The position numbers and the translations under genes are program-made. DNA of 64,000 bases from positions 5,120,001 through 5,184,000 of the forward strand of contig OZ257156.1 of the NCBI GenBank assembly GCA_965279375.1. The letters are read 5' to 3'. The stretch comes from Gemmatimonas sp. (GTDB lineage: Bacteria; Gemmatimonadota; Gemmatimonadetes; Gemmatimonadales; Gemmatimonadaceae). How positions within the stretch are numbered: position 1 is the stretch's first letter; every line of letters begins with the position of its first letter. Below are positions 32,401 to 40,560 of the stretch, in pieces. Below the pieces are notes generated by a model. It saw nothing but the letters and a program-made list of their open reading frames with translations, was not told the DNA's origin and ran no database searches.

Positions 32401-32455
32401 CGAAGAGCGCGATCGCGAGTGCCATCGCGCCGCGCCGCACCTGTCGAAAAATCAT
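29417..32455 (-). CDS. SusC/RagA-family TonB-dependent outer-membrane transporter
   Basis: Signal peptide, carboxypeptidase-regulatory-like N-domain, EVIVTG, LQGKVAG, PLYIIDG, IEIIRGAAAAALYGSRANNGV and a terminal aromatic residue (FTY). Start reset to ATG 32455. Confidence 0.95.
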   Translation of the reverse strand: MIFRQVRRGAMALAIALFAPLAMLAAQAGTGTVRGKVTDAANGRGLAEAQVTVSGTRVGAISGTNGEYVIAGVPAGPRAISVRRIGYSPLVLPVTVTAGATAVLDFGLRVSAVNLSEVIVTGSAAPTEKRKVGTSIASVDSTIISRAQSVTLDQALQGKVAGAQISQNSGGPGGGGMSVRLRGTNSFISGSDPLYIIDGVIIDNGSTQLIDLGGRSNPQNRLADLNPADVERIEIIRGAAAAALYGSRANNGVVQIFTKRGSIGKPRFAFSSRYSSNELREQQPFNLYPFNENGLPVKRFNYQDDIFTRAAGTEQNLTVEGGNEQTRYFLSANASAEDGILKSTSSRRQGARINLQQTLNPKLIANVTANYVTTQNQFQAFGENNDYGIMGSLFFAPTNVDFRPVNGIYPLPPALGTNPLLAIDRIKNPQTIDRFIGSSKLTWTPIPELILDYTIGVDNTSFEARQFLPRNAVLGTAPNSTGRAQSIFQANRIVNQDGIATYSWKPMGPVELRTTGGFNYTSQKVRTTNAVANGLAPVGELVGAGSVFSAGQTEVELRTLGFFGQQEVAIKDRLFLSGAVRYDASSTFAPSERWQAFPKLSASFVVLNNRDGLVNNFRVRSALGWAGSQPGIVNAYSQFIAYTQLPFAGRPGFVNDVVYGNPTLRNERAREWEVGAEAGILNGKVSVDATYYNRLVSDLLFFRPLATSTGFSRQFFPIGSMSNKGVELMVKTQNVDKANFKWSTTATYSTNKNMVEKLDILDFQSAGGYPNRIRAGQPAGVFYGSYAARNCVTGALLLDSLGRYRRSNQAVDMGATTAQRQAISQGTCNDSLNKVIGDPNPSWLGSLLNEVTLGKKLRFRMLLDGVFGNDVMNLSTRAQNAGVASNSKTYERELLPYGDPNKLPPGFNARTQGIFEYWVEDGSFVKLRELSATYTLDFPTTRRLFKDGIDVTVSGRNLAVWTKYSGYDPEINLFGTNAGGVGSVQTTAADRGFDFGGYPIPRVWSVSARFTY

Positions 32456-32671
32456 CCGTGAGCTCCAAGTCTGCGTGTCCACCACAGGCTGACAGGCATG
32501 GCAGCCGTGGTCCTGCAAGGTCGCGTCGTGCGTGACATATAGCGGGAGGGGCTGCGTTGATCCACCCGCACCAGAGGACTCTTGTCGAGGAACTAGCCAA
32601 AGACCCCGCCGAGGCGGATACTCCCATGCTGCACAAACAATACTGCTCGCTCCTCGCACCTCCGACTGCTC

Positions 32672-34981
32672 ATGTTCCTCCCATCGAACGGATCGGACAC
32701 GCCGATACCGGTTGGCGTGGTGCGCGGTGTCGGCTACGACATTCGCGAGGCCGACGACGTCTGTTTGAGCATCCTCGGCTACTCGCGCGAGGAATTCGCA
32801 CGCGGAGGGATTAATTGGCGGGAGATCACGCCCGCCGAGTACCTGCCCCTCGACGACGCCGCCTTTCGACAGCTCATGGGCGTCGGCGGGTTTACGACAC
32901 CATGGCAGAAGGAGTACATCCGCAAGGATGGCGCGCGCGTGCCTGTCCTGATGGTGGGAGCACGCGAGCCTGAGTCCACCGATCACTGGATCGGCTTCGT
33001 CGTTGATCTGACATGCCCAGCGGTGCCCCGCGACCATGCCGTCGACTCCGCCGCGAAAGACGACAGGTCGCTGACCTTCCGGCTGGTGGGTGAACTGGTG
33101 CGTGAACGGCAGCGCATGCTCGCGATGCTCGACAGCACGGAAGATCTGATCTGGTCCACCGATCGGGAATTCCGGCTGATCGGCTTCAATCGCGCGTTTC
33201 AGGAACGAGTCCGCGCCGTCGGCGGCCGTGCGCTCGGCATCGGCGATCCGCTCATGGATGCCTCCTTCCCGGCCGACCAGCGCGCGATCTGGTCGCAGTG
33301 GTACGCACGTGCAATCGCCGGCGAGCGATTCAGTGCGCGCGATGAGTTCACGCTCGATGGACGTACCCGGTTCAACGAGTACCGCATTGCGCCCATCAAT
33401 CTGCAGGACGAAGGAATCGTCGGCGCGAGTATCGTCGGCTCCGACACCACGGCTCGTCATCTGGCGGAATCCGCCCTCCGCGTCAGCGAAGCGCGCTTTC
33501 GCACGCTCACCAATGCGTCCCCGCTCGGCATCTTCATCACCGACCTGGACGGCGCCTGCGTGTACTGCAATCCCAAGCTCGCGGAGATCTTCGGCACCGC
33601 TGCCGCCGATCTCCTCGGAAGCGGCTACACCGAACGCATGCACCCCGACGACCGGGACGGCGTGCTCGCCGAGTGCGGTATCGCCATGCAGGCCGGCCTC
33701 GGCTTCGATGCAGACTACCGTGTGCTGCGCCCCGATGGCGTCGAACGTCATGTGCGCATCTGGACCACGCCGATCCACAACGGTGGGCAGCTCGAAGGCT
33801 TCGCCGGCACCGTCGAGGACGACACGGAAAAGCGCGCGCTCGCCGAACGACTCGGACAGCGCGAACGAATGGAATCGCTCGGTACCCTCGCTGGTGGTGT
33901 GGCGCACGACTTCAACAACATGCTGGGGATCGTCCTCGGTCACACCGAGCTCGCCATCGCGGAACTGGAAGAGGGCGGGGGCGCTCATGGCGCTGAGATC
34001 GGCGAGCATCTGCGCGAGATTCAAACGGCGAGTTCGCGCGCGCGCGATCTCGTCCAGCAAATCCTCTCGTTCAGTCGGCGCGCCGAACGAGACATCGCGC
34101 CGGTAGACCTGGGCGTTCTCGTCACGGAGAGCATGCGCTTGCTGCGCAGCGCGTTCCCCGTCTCCGTGGAAATGGCGTGGCAAGTCCCGCCCACACCCGT
34201 CATGGTGCTTGGCGATGCCACCGCGCTGCAGCAGGTGATCGTCAACCTCTGCACCAACGCCGAACACGCGATGCGGGCGAAGGGTGGCGGCGTCCTTTCG
34301 CTCCGCCTCGAAACCGACGGATCAGGCGACACGGGTGCAGCGCGACTGACTGTCTCCGACACAGGCACCGGGATGACGGCCGCCGTGCGTGCGCGTGCCT
34401 TCGAGCCGTTCTTCACGACCAAGGCCGTGGGCGAAGGAACGGGCATGGGACTCGCCGTGGTGCACGGGCTCGTGGAGAGCTACGGTGGCGGCCTCTCGCT
34501 CGAGAGCGTGGAGAACGAGGGCACCACCGTACGGGTCGCCTTGCCTCTCACCGCGCAGCCGACCCGCGCCCTCGCACCTGAGGCGCCCGAAGCGGGCGGC
34601 GTGGGCGAGGTGCTGCTCGTCGAGGACGAACCGGCGCTGGCCCGGTTTGCAGCACGTGCGCTGCAGCGCGCGGGATACGTCGTCACCATTTGCGAAGATG
34701 GCACCTCGGCGCTCGCACGATTCAGAGAATCGCCGGAACGATTCGACATCGTCCTCACCGACCTGACGATGCCCGGCATGTCGGGCGCCCAACTGGCGAC
34801 AGAATTCAAGCGCGCGCGACCCGACCTGCCCATCATCCTGATGTCCGGCTACAGCGCATCGCTCACGTCGCGGAACATGCACGAATTCGGCGTCGAGCTG
34901 TTGCTGCAAAAGCCTTTCAAGGCCGTCGACTTGCTCAGCGGCGTGGCCTCGATACTCCGCACGCGTCGGACGCTGGTGTAG
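32672..34981 (+). CDS. Cytoplasmic multi-PAS hybrid histidine kinase with receiver (CckA-like)
   Basis: Three PAS-like regions, GGVAHDFNN, NLCTNA, DTGTGM, FFTTK..G.GTGMGL, REC (EDE, DLTMP, KPF). Confidence 0.92.
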   Translation: MFLPSNGSDTPIPVGVVRGVGYDIREADDVCLSILGYSREEFARGGINWREITPAEYLPLDDAAFRQLMGVGGFTTPWQKEYIRKDGARVPVLMVGAREPESTDHWIGFVVDLTCPAVPRDHAVDSAAKDDRSLTFRLVGELVRERQRMLAMLDSTEDLIWSTDREFRLIGFNRAFQERVRAVGGRALGIGDPLMDASFPADQRAIWSQWYARAIAGERFSARDEFTLDGRTRFNEYRIAPINLQDEGIVGASIVGSDTTARHLAESALRVSEARFRTLTNASPLGIFITDLDGACVYCNPKLAEIFGTAAADLLGSGYTERMHPDDRDGVLAECGIAMQAGLGFDADYRVLRPDGVERHVRIWTTPIHNGGQLEGFAGTVEDDTEKRALAERLGQRERMESLGTLAGGVAHDFNNMLGIVLGHTELAIAELEEGGGAHGAEIGEHLREIQTASSRARDLVQQILSFSRRAERDIAPVDLGVLVTESMRLLRSAFPVSVEMAWQVPPTPVMVLGDATALQQVIVNLCTNAEHAMRAKGGGVLSLRLETDGSGDTGAARLTVSDTGTGMTAAVRARAFEPFFTTKAVGEGTGMGLAVVHGLVESYGGGLSLESVENEGTTVRVALPLTAQPTRALAPEAPEAGGVGEVLLVEDEPALARFAARALQRAGYVVTICEDGTSALARFRESPERFDIVLTDLTMPGMSGAQLATEFKRARPDLPIILMSGYSASLTSRNMHEFGVELLLQKPFKAVDLLSGVASILRTRRTLV

Positions 34982-35040
34982 ACACACCGCGCTCTGGCCG
35001 GCGGGCCGCGGCGCGGCTCGACGTGGAACGGCGCGCGCAA

Positions 35041-35886
35041 TCAAGGCGCGACCTGCCGGCGGTACGCGCTCGGCGTCGTCCGAAACGCACGACGGAACGC
35101 CGTCGCCAGATGACTCTGATCCACGAACCCGCAGCTGATCGCGATATCGGCGATCGGGCGACGCGTTTCGCGCAGCAATGTCGCGGCGTGCTCGACGCGT
35201 CGCTGTCGCACGTAGTCTCCCGGCAATTTGCCCGTGTACTGTCGGAAGACGCGTGCGAGATGCACGGGATGCACGCCGGCCTCTCGCGCCACCTCGCCCA
35301 TGCGGACGTCGGAGCCCAGGGAGTCATCCAAGTGTCCACGTGCGCGAGCCAACCACGCCGGTGCACAACGCGATGCCACGGCGCGCGGCAATGTCACAGC
35401 GTCCAGCAAGCCGAGCGCCAGCGATTCACGTTGCAGGACGCCGTCACCGTGCCCGTGTGCGCATGCATCCGCCAACCGTCCCGCGATCACACGGGCATCT
35501 GCCGCGGCGACCGTGACGGCACGCGATGGAAGGTGTGTGGCGGCGTCCTTCGCGGCGTCCACCAGCTCCGAGCCGATCGAAAGCGTCAGGAATCGCCCCG
35601 ATATCACGCGGTCGCGTGCATCGAATCGGTCGCGATGCGTGGTACCGGCAGGATTGAAAATCAGTGTCGGCCCCGCGCTGACCGGCGGCGCGTTCTCCGC
35701 GCTCGAGATGTAGAGACCGTCGAGCACGAACACGAAATGCGCCTCGTCGTGCGAGTGCCGCTCGACGACGCGATGCGGATCGACATCGAGCAGCGCGATC
35801 TCGAGTCCCTGCCCCCGAATTCGCCGATCGACGGTGCCGTAAAAGGCCCCGAACGGCAGCGTCACATTTGCACCAACGTTCAGCAT
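35041..35886 (-). CDS. AraC-family transcriptional regulator
   Basis: Cupin HSHDEAH, then GVHPVHLARVFR and GFVDQSHLATAFRR HTH. Divergent from the hydrolase gene. Confidence 0.9.
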   Translation of the reverse strand: MLNVGANVTLPFGAFYGTVDRRIRGQGLEIALLDVDPHRVVERHSHDEAHFVFVLDGLYISSAENAPPVSAGPTLIFNPAGTTHRDRFDARDRVISGRFLTLSIGSELVDAAKDAATHLPSRAVTVAAADARVIAGRLADACAHGHGDGVLQRESLALGLLDAVTLPRAVASRCAPAWLARARGHLDDSLGSDVRMGEVAREAGVHPVHLARVFRQYTGKLPGDYVRQRRVEHAATLLRETRRPIADIAISCGFVDQSHLATAFRRAFRTTPSAYRRQVAP

Positions 35887-35921
35887 GGCGGAGGAGCGGC
35901 CTCGGGGGGATTGGATCGCAT

Positions 35922-35972
35922 CGTCTTGTCGGTGCAATGCGCGGCAGGCGGATGTTGCGTGGATACAAGACG
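35922..35972. promoter_or_regulatory. Inverted 8-bp pair CGTCTTGT ... ACAAGACG, candidate AraC sites
   Basis: Perfect inverted repeat 35 bp apart in the araC/hydrolase divergent region. Confidence 0.4.
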
Positions 35973-36030
35973 GTGGCCGTCGCAATCGCGAGATTGACGC
36001 GGACACATGTCTATCACGAGAGGAATGTCG

Positions 36031-37737
36031 ATGAAGTTTCGAATCTGGTCTCGCCTTCGCGCACCACTGGCCGCACTCGGCCTGTTGCTCGTGAGCGGCC
36101 ACGCGGCGTCGGCACAGACGCCCCGAGCAGGAGACGATCTGCTCGGACTCTGGGGTGCCGAACCGATGCTCGGGCCACAGCTGCGCGGCGAACTGTTGCT
36201 CGACCGGACGGGACGCCTCTGGACTATGCGCCTCGGCGGATTCGAAGCGCGAGCCACGCAGTCGGGGGACAGTGTGAGCCTCAGGCTTCCGGGCGGACAG
36301 GGGGCGCTGCGGCTCTGGGTGGCACCGGCCACGACCGAGGCGTACTGGGTCCAACCTGCGGGGCCTGATCAGGAGTACGCGTCTCCGGTGCGTCTCGTCG
36401 CCCTGGGCACCGACGCGTGGCGAGGCACCGTCGCTCCTATCGACGCGCGATTTCCGCTGTACCTCGCCATCTCACGTTCCTCCGACGGCGAACTACGTGG
36501 CGTCTTTCGCAACCCAGCGCAGAATTGGCCCGGCCGCGTCGCGTACTATGTCGTGGCGCGTGATGGCGACGCCGTGACGTTCACGCACCCGAAGACGGGC
36601 AAGGTGCAATACCGGCAGCCGTACGATTCGACACGCCGCAACATCACGTTCGACTTCGATGCCCCGATCGTGCTCACACCAAGAAGTCTCGAGCAGGCTG
36701 TCGGATTCGCGACTCGCTCGCCATCCCTGCCGCCGTACGAGTACCGCCGTCCCCTGGACATTGGCGATGGATGGACGGTGAGTCGGCCCGAGGCCGTCGC
36801 GATGGACGCGCGCGCACTGCAGGCGACCGTCCGCGCGCTTGGCGCGGTAGACCCATTGAGTGACTCCCTGCCACGCGTCCATTCGCTGCTCGTCGCGCGG
36901 CGCGGACAGCTGGTGCTCGAGGAATACTTCCGTGGCTTCGCGCAGGACCAGCCACACGACTTGCGCTCTGCTTCCAAGACCATGACGTCGATAATGGTGG
37001 GCGCCGCGCAGCAGAACGGCGCGGCAATCTCCAGCCGGACCACGCTCCCCAACTCGCCGATCACGCTCGGCCACCTGCTCTCGCACAGCTCCGGACTCGC
37101 CTGCGACGACGATGACGACGCCTCGCCGGGCCACGAAGACACGATGCAATCGCAGCAGCTGCAGCGCGACTGGTACGCCTTCTTCATGGCATTGCCGAAG
37201 CGCCACGAGCCCGGAAGTACATACGCCTACTGCTCCGCCGGCATCAACATCGTCGGTCAGTTGCTCGGTCGCGCCACACATCGCTGGCTACCGCGCCTCT
37301 TCGAGATGCAACTGGCTCGGCCAATGCAGTTCGCGTCGTACGGCATCAACCTCATGCCCACCGGCGAGGCGTACTCGGGCGGCGGCATGCATCTGCGGCC
37401 GCGCGACTTCCTCAAGTTCGGCCCGCTCTATCTCGACGGTGGTGTCTGGCGCGGCAAGCGATTGGTCAGCGCTGCATGGGTGCGCGAGTCTATCGCGCAT
37501 CGCATCGATCGTCCTGATGGCTCCGACGACGGGCTCGGCTGGCACCGACACGTGCTCGACGTGAACGGGCATCGCTATCAGAGCTACGAGGCCAGCGGCA
37601 ACGGCGGGCAGTTTCTGGTCGCCGTGCCGGAGCTGCAACTCAGCATCGTCGTCACGGCAGGCAACTACGGACAGTTCCAAGCCTGGCGGAAGATCCGCGA
37701 GGATCTCGTCCCAGCAGTGATCCGCTCGGCCCGTTAA
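36031..37737 (+). CDS. Secreted serine hydrolase, beta-lactamase class C/NylB-like
   Basis: Signal peptide, SASK (SxxK), LLSHSSG, YAYCS, ASGNGGQ. GAGAGG RBS. Confidence 0.88.
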   Translation: MKFRIWSRLRAPLAALGLLLVSGHAASAQTPRAGDDLLGLWGAEPMLGPQLRGELLLDRTGRLWTMRLGGFEARATQSGDSVSLRLPGGQGALRLWVAPATTEAYWVQPAGPDQEYASPVRLVALGTDAWRGTVAPIDARFPLYLAISRSSDGELRGVFRNPAQNWPGRVAYYVVARDGDAVTFTHPKTGKVQYRQPYDSTRRNITFDFDAPIVLTPRSLEQAVGFATRSPSLPPYEYRRPLDIGDGWTVSRPEAVAMDARALQATVRALGAVDPLSDSLPRVHSLLVARRGQLVLEEYFRGFAQDQPHDLRSASKTMTSIMVGAAQQNGAAISSRTTLPNSPITLGHLLSHSSGLACDDDDDASPGHEDTMQSQQLQRDWYAFFMALPKRHEPGSTYAYCSAGINIVGQLLGRATHRWLPRLFEMQLARPMQFASYGINLMPTGEAYSGGGMHLRPRDFLKFGPLYLDGGVWRGKRLVSAAWVRESIAHRIDRPDGSDDGLGWHRHVLDVNGHRYQSYEASGNGGQFLVAVPELQLSIVVTAGNYGQFQAWRKIREDLVPAVIRSAR

Positions 37738-38462
37738 CGACGCGTTTCGCAGTGCAACAGCAGCGACAGCGGCCGCCGCGTCTCCGGATGCAGCGGCTCG
37801 TCGAGCTGACGAATGATCAGCCCCGCTTCGTCGAGTTCACGATGCCACGAGCCGAGCGTGCGGAAGTACCAGGGCATCGCCGAGGGAAAGGCGACGCCGA
37901 AGCCCTGGAACTGCTCCTCCCGCCAACCGCACTCGTACGGGCCGTCCCCCATCGCCGGCCACGGGTGCACCGTCTGAATCAGCAAGCGTCCTGCAGTCGA
38001 TAGCCGACGAGCGAGCGCGCCAAGCAGCGGGCTGAGCGGATCGCCCAAGAGTGCGAAGTTGCAGATGATCACGTCCCACGGCCCTGCTGCTGCGTCGGCG
38101 TCGGCAATGAGCCGCTCGTAGCTCACCACCTCGAAAAGCACGCCGGGGACGTTGAGCCGCTGCGCCTCGTCGATCAGCCCCGCACTGCCATCGATCCCCA
38201 CGATCTCTCGCGACTCGGCCGCCATCGCGCGTGAGAGCCATCCCTCACCGCAACCGACGTCCAGAACGCGCACAGGTGTTCGCGACGACGACAGCGACGT
38301 CGACAGCGCCTCGCAGGCGGAGAGAATGGCCGCGTCCGTTCCAGCGCGCCGACTTGGAATTTTCTGCTCGCGAACCGCGGTGGTCCACGCGCTCGCGTTC
38401 GCATCCCAGCTCGACTTGAGGCGCTCGTCCACGGGCGAGGGCGATGAGGAAGAGTGAGTCAT
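37734..38462 (-). CDS. Class I SAM-dependent methyltransferase
   Basis: VLDVGCGEG, GIDGS, TVHP, PWYFRTL. Confidence 0.88.
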   Translation of the reverse strand: MTHSSSSPSPVDERLKSSWDANASAWTTAVREQKIPSRRAGTDAAILSACEALSTSLSSSRTPVRVLDVGCGEGWLSRAMAAESREIVGIDGSAGLIDEAQRLNVPGVLFEVVSYERLIADADAAAGPWDVIICNFALLGDPLSPLLGALARRLSTAGRLLIQTVHPWPAMGDGPYECGWREEQFQGFGVAFPSAMPWYFRTLGSWHRELDEAGLIIRQLDEPLHPETRRPLSLLLHCETRR

Positions 38463-38557
38463 GCGCCAACCTGCCACGCGATGGCGCCGATCGGCAAGAG
38501 GCGCGTGCCCTTCGCAGCTACGGATGAACCCGCCCGTACCGCGTGATAGCTTTCGGC

Positions 38558-38998
38558 ATGCAGCCAACCGATCGAATCAGTGCCATTGCCCATGTCATTC
38601 AAGTCGCGATCGCGCCGGTCTTTCTCCTGACCGGTATTGCCTCGTTGCTGGTGGTGCTCACCAATCGGCTCGGGCGCATCATCGATCGCGCACGGCTCCT
38701 CGAAGGACACCATCACAGCGCCACCGGCGAGTTCCGCGTGTCGATCGGTGCCGACCTGCGCATGCTCTCACGCCGCTCTCGGCTCATCAATTTCGGCATC
38801 AGCCTGTTCACCATCGCCGCGCTGCTCGTGTGCGTGGTGATCGCTGTGCTGTTCGTGAGCGCATTCTTCGACACCGACGTCTCACGTCTCGTCGCGTCCT
38901 TGTTCGTGCTGGCCATGATTGCGCTCATCACCGGACTGGTCAGCTTCCTGCGCGAAGTGCAACTCGCCACCGCCTCGCTGCGCATCGGACCGCACTGA
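38558..38998 (+). CDS. DUF2721-family membrane protein
   Basis: IQVAIAPVFLLTGI..LL..LTNRLGRIIDRAR and FLREV. Confidence 0.85.
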   Translation: MQPTDRISAIAHVIQVAIAPVFLLTGIASLLVVLTNRLGRIIDRARLLEGHHHSATGEFRVSIGADLRMLSRRSRLINFGISLFTIAALLVCVVIAVLFVSAFFDTDVSRLVASLFVLAMIALITGLVSFLREVQLATASLRIGPH

Positions 38999-39044
38999 AC
39001 CATTGGCTCCATCCCCGTCGTCTCGCACGAAAACCTGCGGAGAC

Positions 39045-39072
39045 TTGACGCATCAAGATTTATTGATATTAT
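39045..39072 (+). promoter_or_regulatory. sigma70 promoter of arsR overlapped by operator ATCAA-N6-TTGAT
   Basis: TTGACG (39045-50), 16 nt, TATTAT (39067-72) with a TG extension. Inverted repeat ATCAAgatttaTTGAT at 39052-39067. Confidence 0.8.
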
Positions 39073-39077
39073 TAATC

Positions 39078-39413
39078 ATGCCCACCAAGACCGCCGACCT
39101 CTCCGCCGCTGTGCGACTCTTCCACGCGCTCTCCGACGAGACGCGACTGGGGATCGTGCTGATGCTGCAGGACGGCGAGCAGTGTGTGTGCGATCTGCAG
39201 GACGCGCTCGGCGCGGCTCAGAGCCGACTGTCGTTTCACCTGCGCGTGCTGCGCGAGGCCGGGCTGGTGACTGACCGCCGTGAAGGTCGTTGGTCGTACT
39301 ACACGTTGGTACACGGTGCCTTCGCCGAAGCGCACGACATCGTGCGCGCGCTCGCCCCCGAGACACCGGGTCGTCGCGCCAAGCTTCCACAGTTCGGTAG
39401 CTGCTGCCGTTAG
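39078..39413 (+). CDS. arsR: ArsR-family As(III)-responsive repressor
   Basis: FHALSDETRL, CVCDL, QSRLSFHL, REGRWSYY, C-terminal CC. Upstream of arsM. Confidence 0.9.
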   Translation: MPTKTADLSAAVRLFHALSDETRLGIVLMLQDGEQCVCDLQDALGAAQSRLSFHLRVLREAGLVTDRREGRWSYYTLVHGAFAEAHDIVRALAPETPGRRAKLPQFGSCCR

Positions 39414-39450
39414 CACCCGAAGTATGCAGGGAAGTCGTTGCAGTCTTTAT

Positions 39451-39466
39451 ATCAACATTTTTTGAT
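39451..39466. promoter_or_regulatory. Second ArsR-type operator ATCAA-N6-TTGAT between arsR and the small Cys ORF
   Basis: ATCAAcattttTTGAT, with arms identical to the 39052 site. Confidence 0.75.
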
Positions 39467-39479
39467 GTACGGAGGTACG

Positions 39480-39677
39480 ATGACTAGCTTGGAAGTCACG
39501 GCGCCCGTAGCCGATTCGGTGAACGATTCGACGCGACGCACAGAGCAGACCCAGACGGACAGTGTTGCCGCAACGTCGTGCTGCGCCACGAGCTGCTGCG
39601 GCGGCACGTCGGACGCAGCCGCGGCCGATCGTCCAACAGCCACCCTCACCATCAGCAGCAAGACGGAGGCGCTATGA
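39480..39677 (+). CDS. Small 65-aa Ser/Thr-rich protein with two vicinal Cys pairs
   Basis: GGAGG RBS at 39471-75. MTSLEVTAPV...SCCATSCCGG...KTEAL. Stop overlaps the arsM ATG (ATGA). Confidence 0.7.
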   Translation: MTSLEVTAPVADSVNDSTRRTEQTQTDSVAATSCCATSCCGGTSDAAAADRPTATLTISSKTEAL

Positions 39678-40528
39678 GCAGCACCGAACTCACGTCGCTC
39701 GTGCGGGAAAAGTACGGCGACGCCGCCCGGCGTGTCCTCGCGTCGGTCGATGGCGCCACATCCGATGCGTCGTGCTGCGGACCGGCCAACAGCTGCTGCG
39801 GCGGCGCGGCGTTCAACGGCTCCGTCGATCCGATCACGTCCAATCTCTACATCAACGGCGAGGCTGCCGAGTTGCCGTCCGCCGCAATGCTCGCGTCGCT
39901 CGGCTGCGGGAATCCAACAGCGCTGGCCGAACTCACCGAGGGGCAAGTAGTGCTCGATCTGGGATCGGGCGGCGGCATCGACGTGCTGCTGTCCGCGCGC
40001 CGCGTTGGCGCAACGGGCAAGGCCTACGGACTCGACATGACTGACGACATGCTCGCGCTCGCGCGCAAGAACGCAGCCGAGGCGGGTGTGACAAACGTGG
40101 AGTTTCTGAAGGGACAGATCGAACAGATTCCGCTGCCAGACGCGTCTGTGGATGTGATCATCTCCAACTGCGTGATCAATCTCTCCGGCGACAAGAGCCG
40201 AGTCTTTTCCGAGGCGTTTCGCGTCCTCAAGCCCGGTGGACGATTGGCGGTCAGCGATGTCGTCGTGCGCGGTGCCGTGCCGGCGGCCGTGCGTCGCAGC
40301 ATGGAGCTGTGGGTGGGCTGCGTGGCCGGTGCGCTCGAAGAGGCGGAGTTCCATTCGCACCTCTTCGCCGCAGGCTTCACCGACGTGGACATCGAGCCGA
40401 CGCGCTTCTACAAGAGCGACGATGCGCGCCAGTTCCTCGTCGAGGCCGGGATCGACGTGGATGCGCACCTCGAAGAGATCGATGGCAAATTCATGGCGGC
40501 ATTCGTCCGCGCCACCAAGCCCGTCTGA
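39674..40528 (+). CDS. arsM: Arsenite S-adenosylmethionine methyltransferase
   Basis: VREKYG, SCC..SCC, SLGCGNP, VLDLGSGGGID, ISNCVINL, WVGCVAGA. Confidence 0.95.
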   Translation: MSSTELTSLVREKYGDAARRVLASVDGATSDASCCGPANSCCGGAAFNGSVDPITSNLYINGEAAELPSAAMLASLGCGNPTALAELTEGQVVLDLGSGGGIDVLLSARRVGATGKAYGLDMTDDMLALARKNAAEAGVTNVEFLKGQIEQIPLPDASVDVIISNCVINLSGDKSRVFSEAFRVLKPGGRLAVSDVVVRGAVPAAVRRSMELWVGCVAGALEEAEFHSHLFAAGFTDVDIEPTRFYKSDDARQFLVEAGIDVDAHLEEIDGKFMAAFVRATKPV

Positions 40529-40560
40529 CCGCAGTCGTCCTACCACCTCACGCTGGCCAC

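Noticed and set aside
32456..32671. Cobalamin or TPP riboswitch upstream of the TonB-dependent transporter
   Set aside because: No B12-box or TPP core motifs are visible on the minus strand.
32456..34267. 604-aa N-terminal extension of the SusC ORF (29417..34267)
   Set aside because: It is antisense to the well-formed hybrid kinase at 32672-34981. The real SusC signal peptide starts at 32455.
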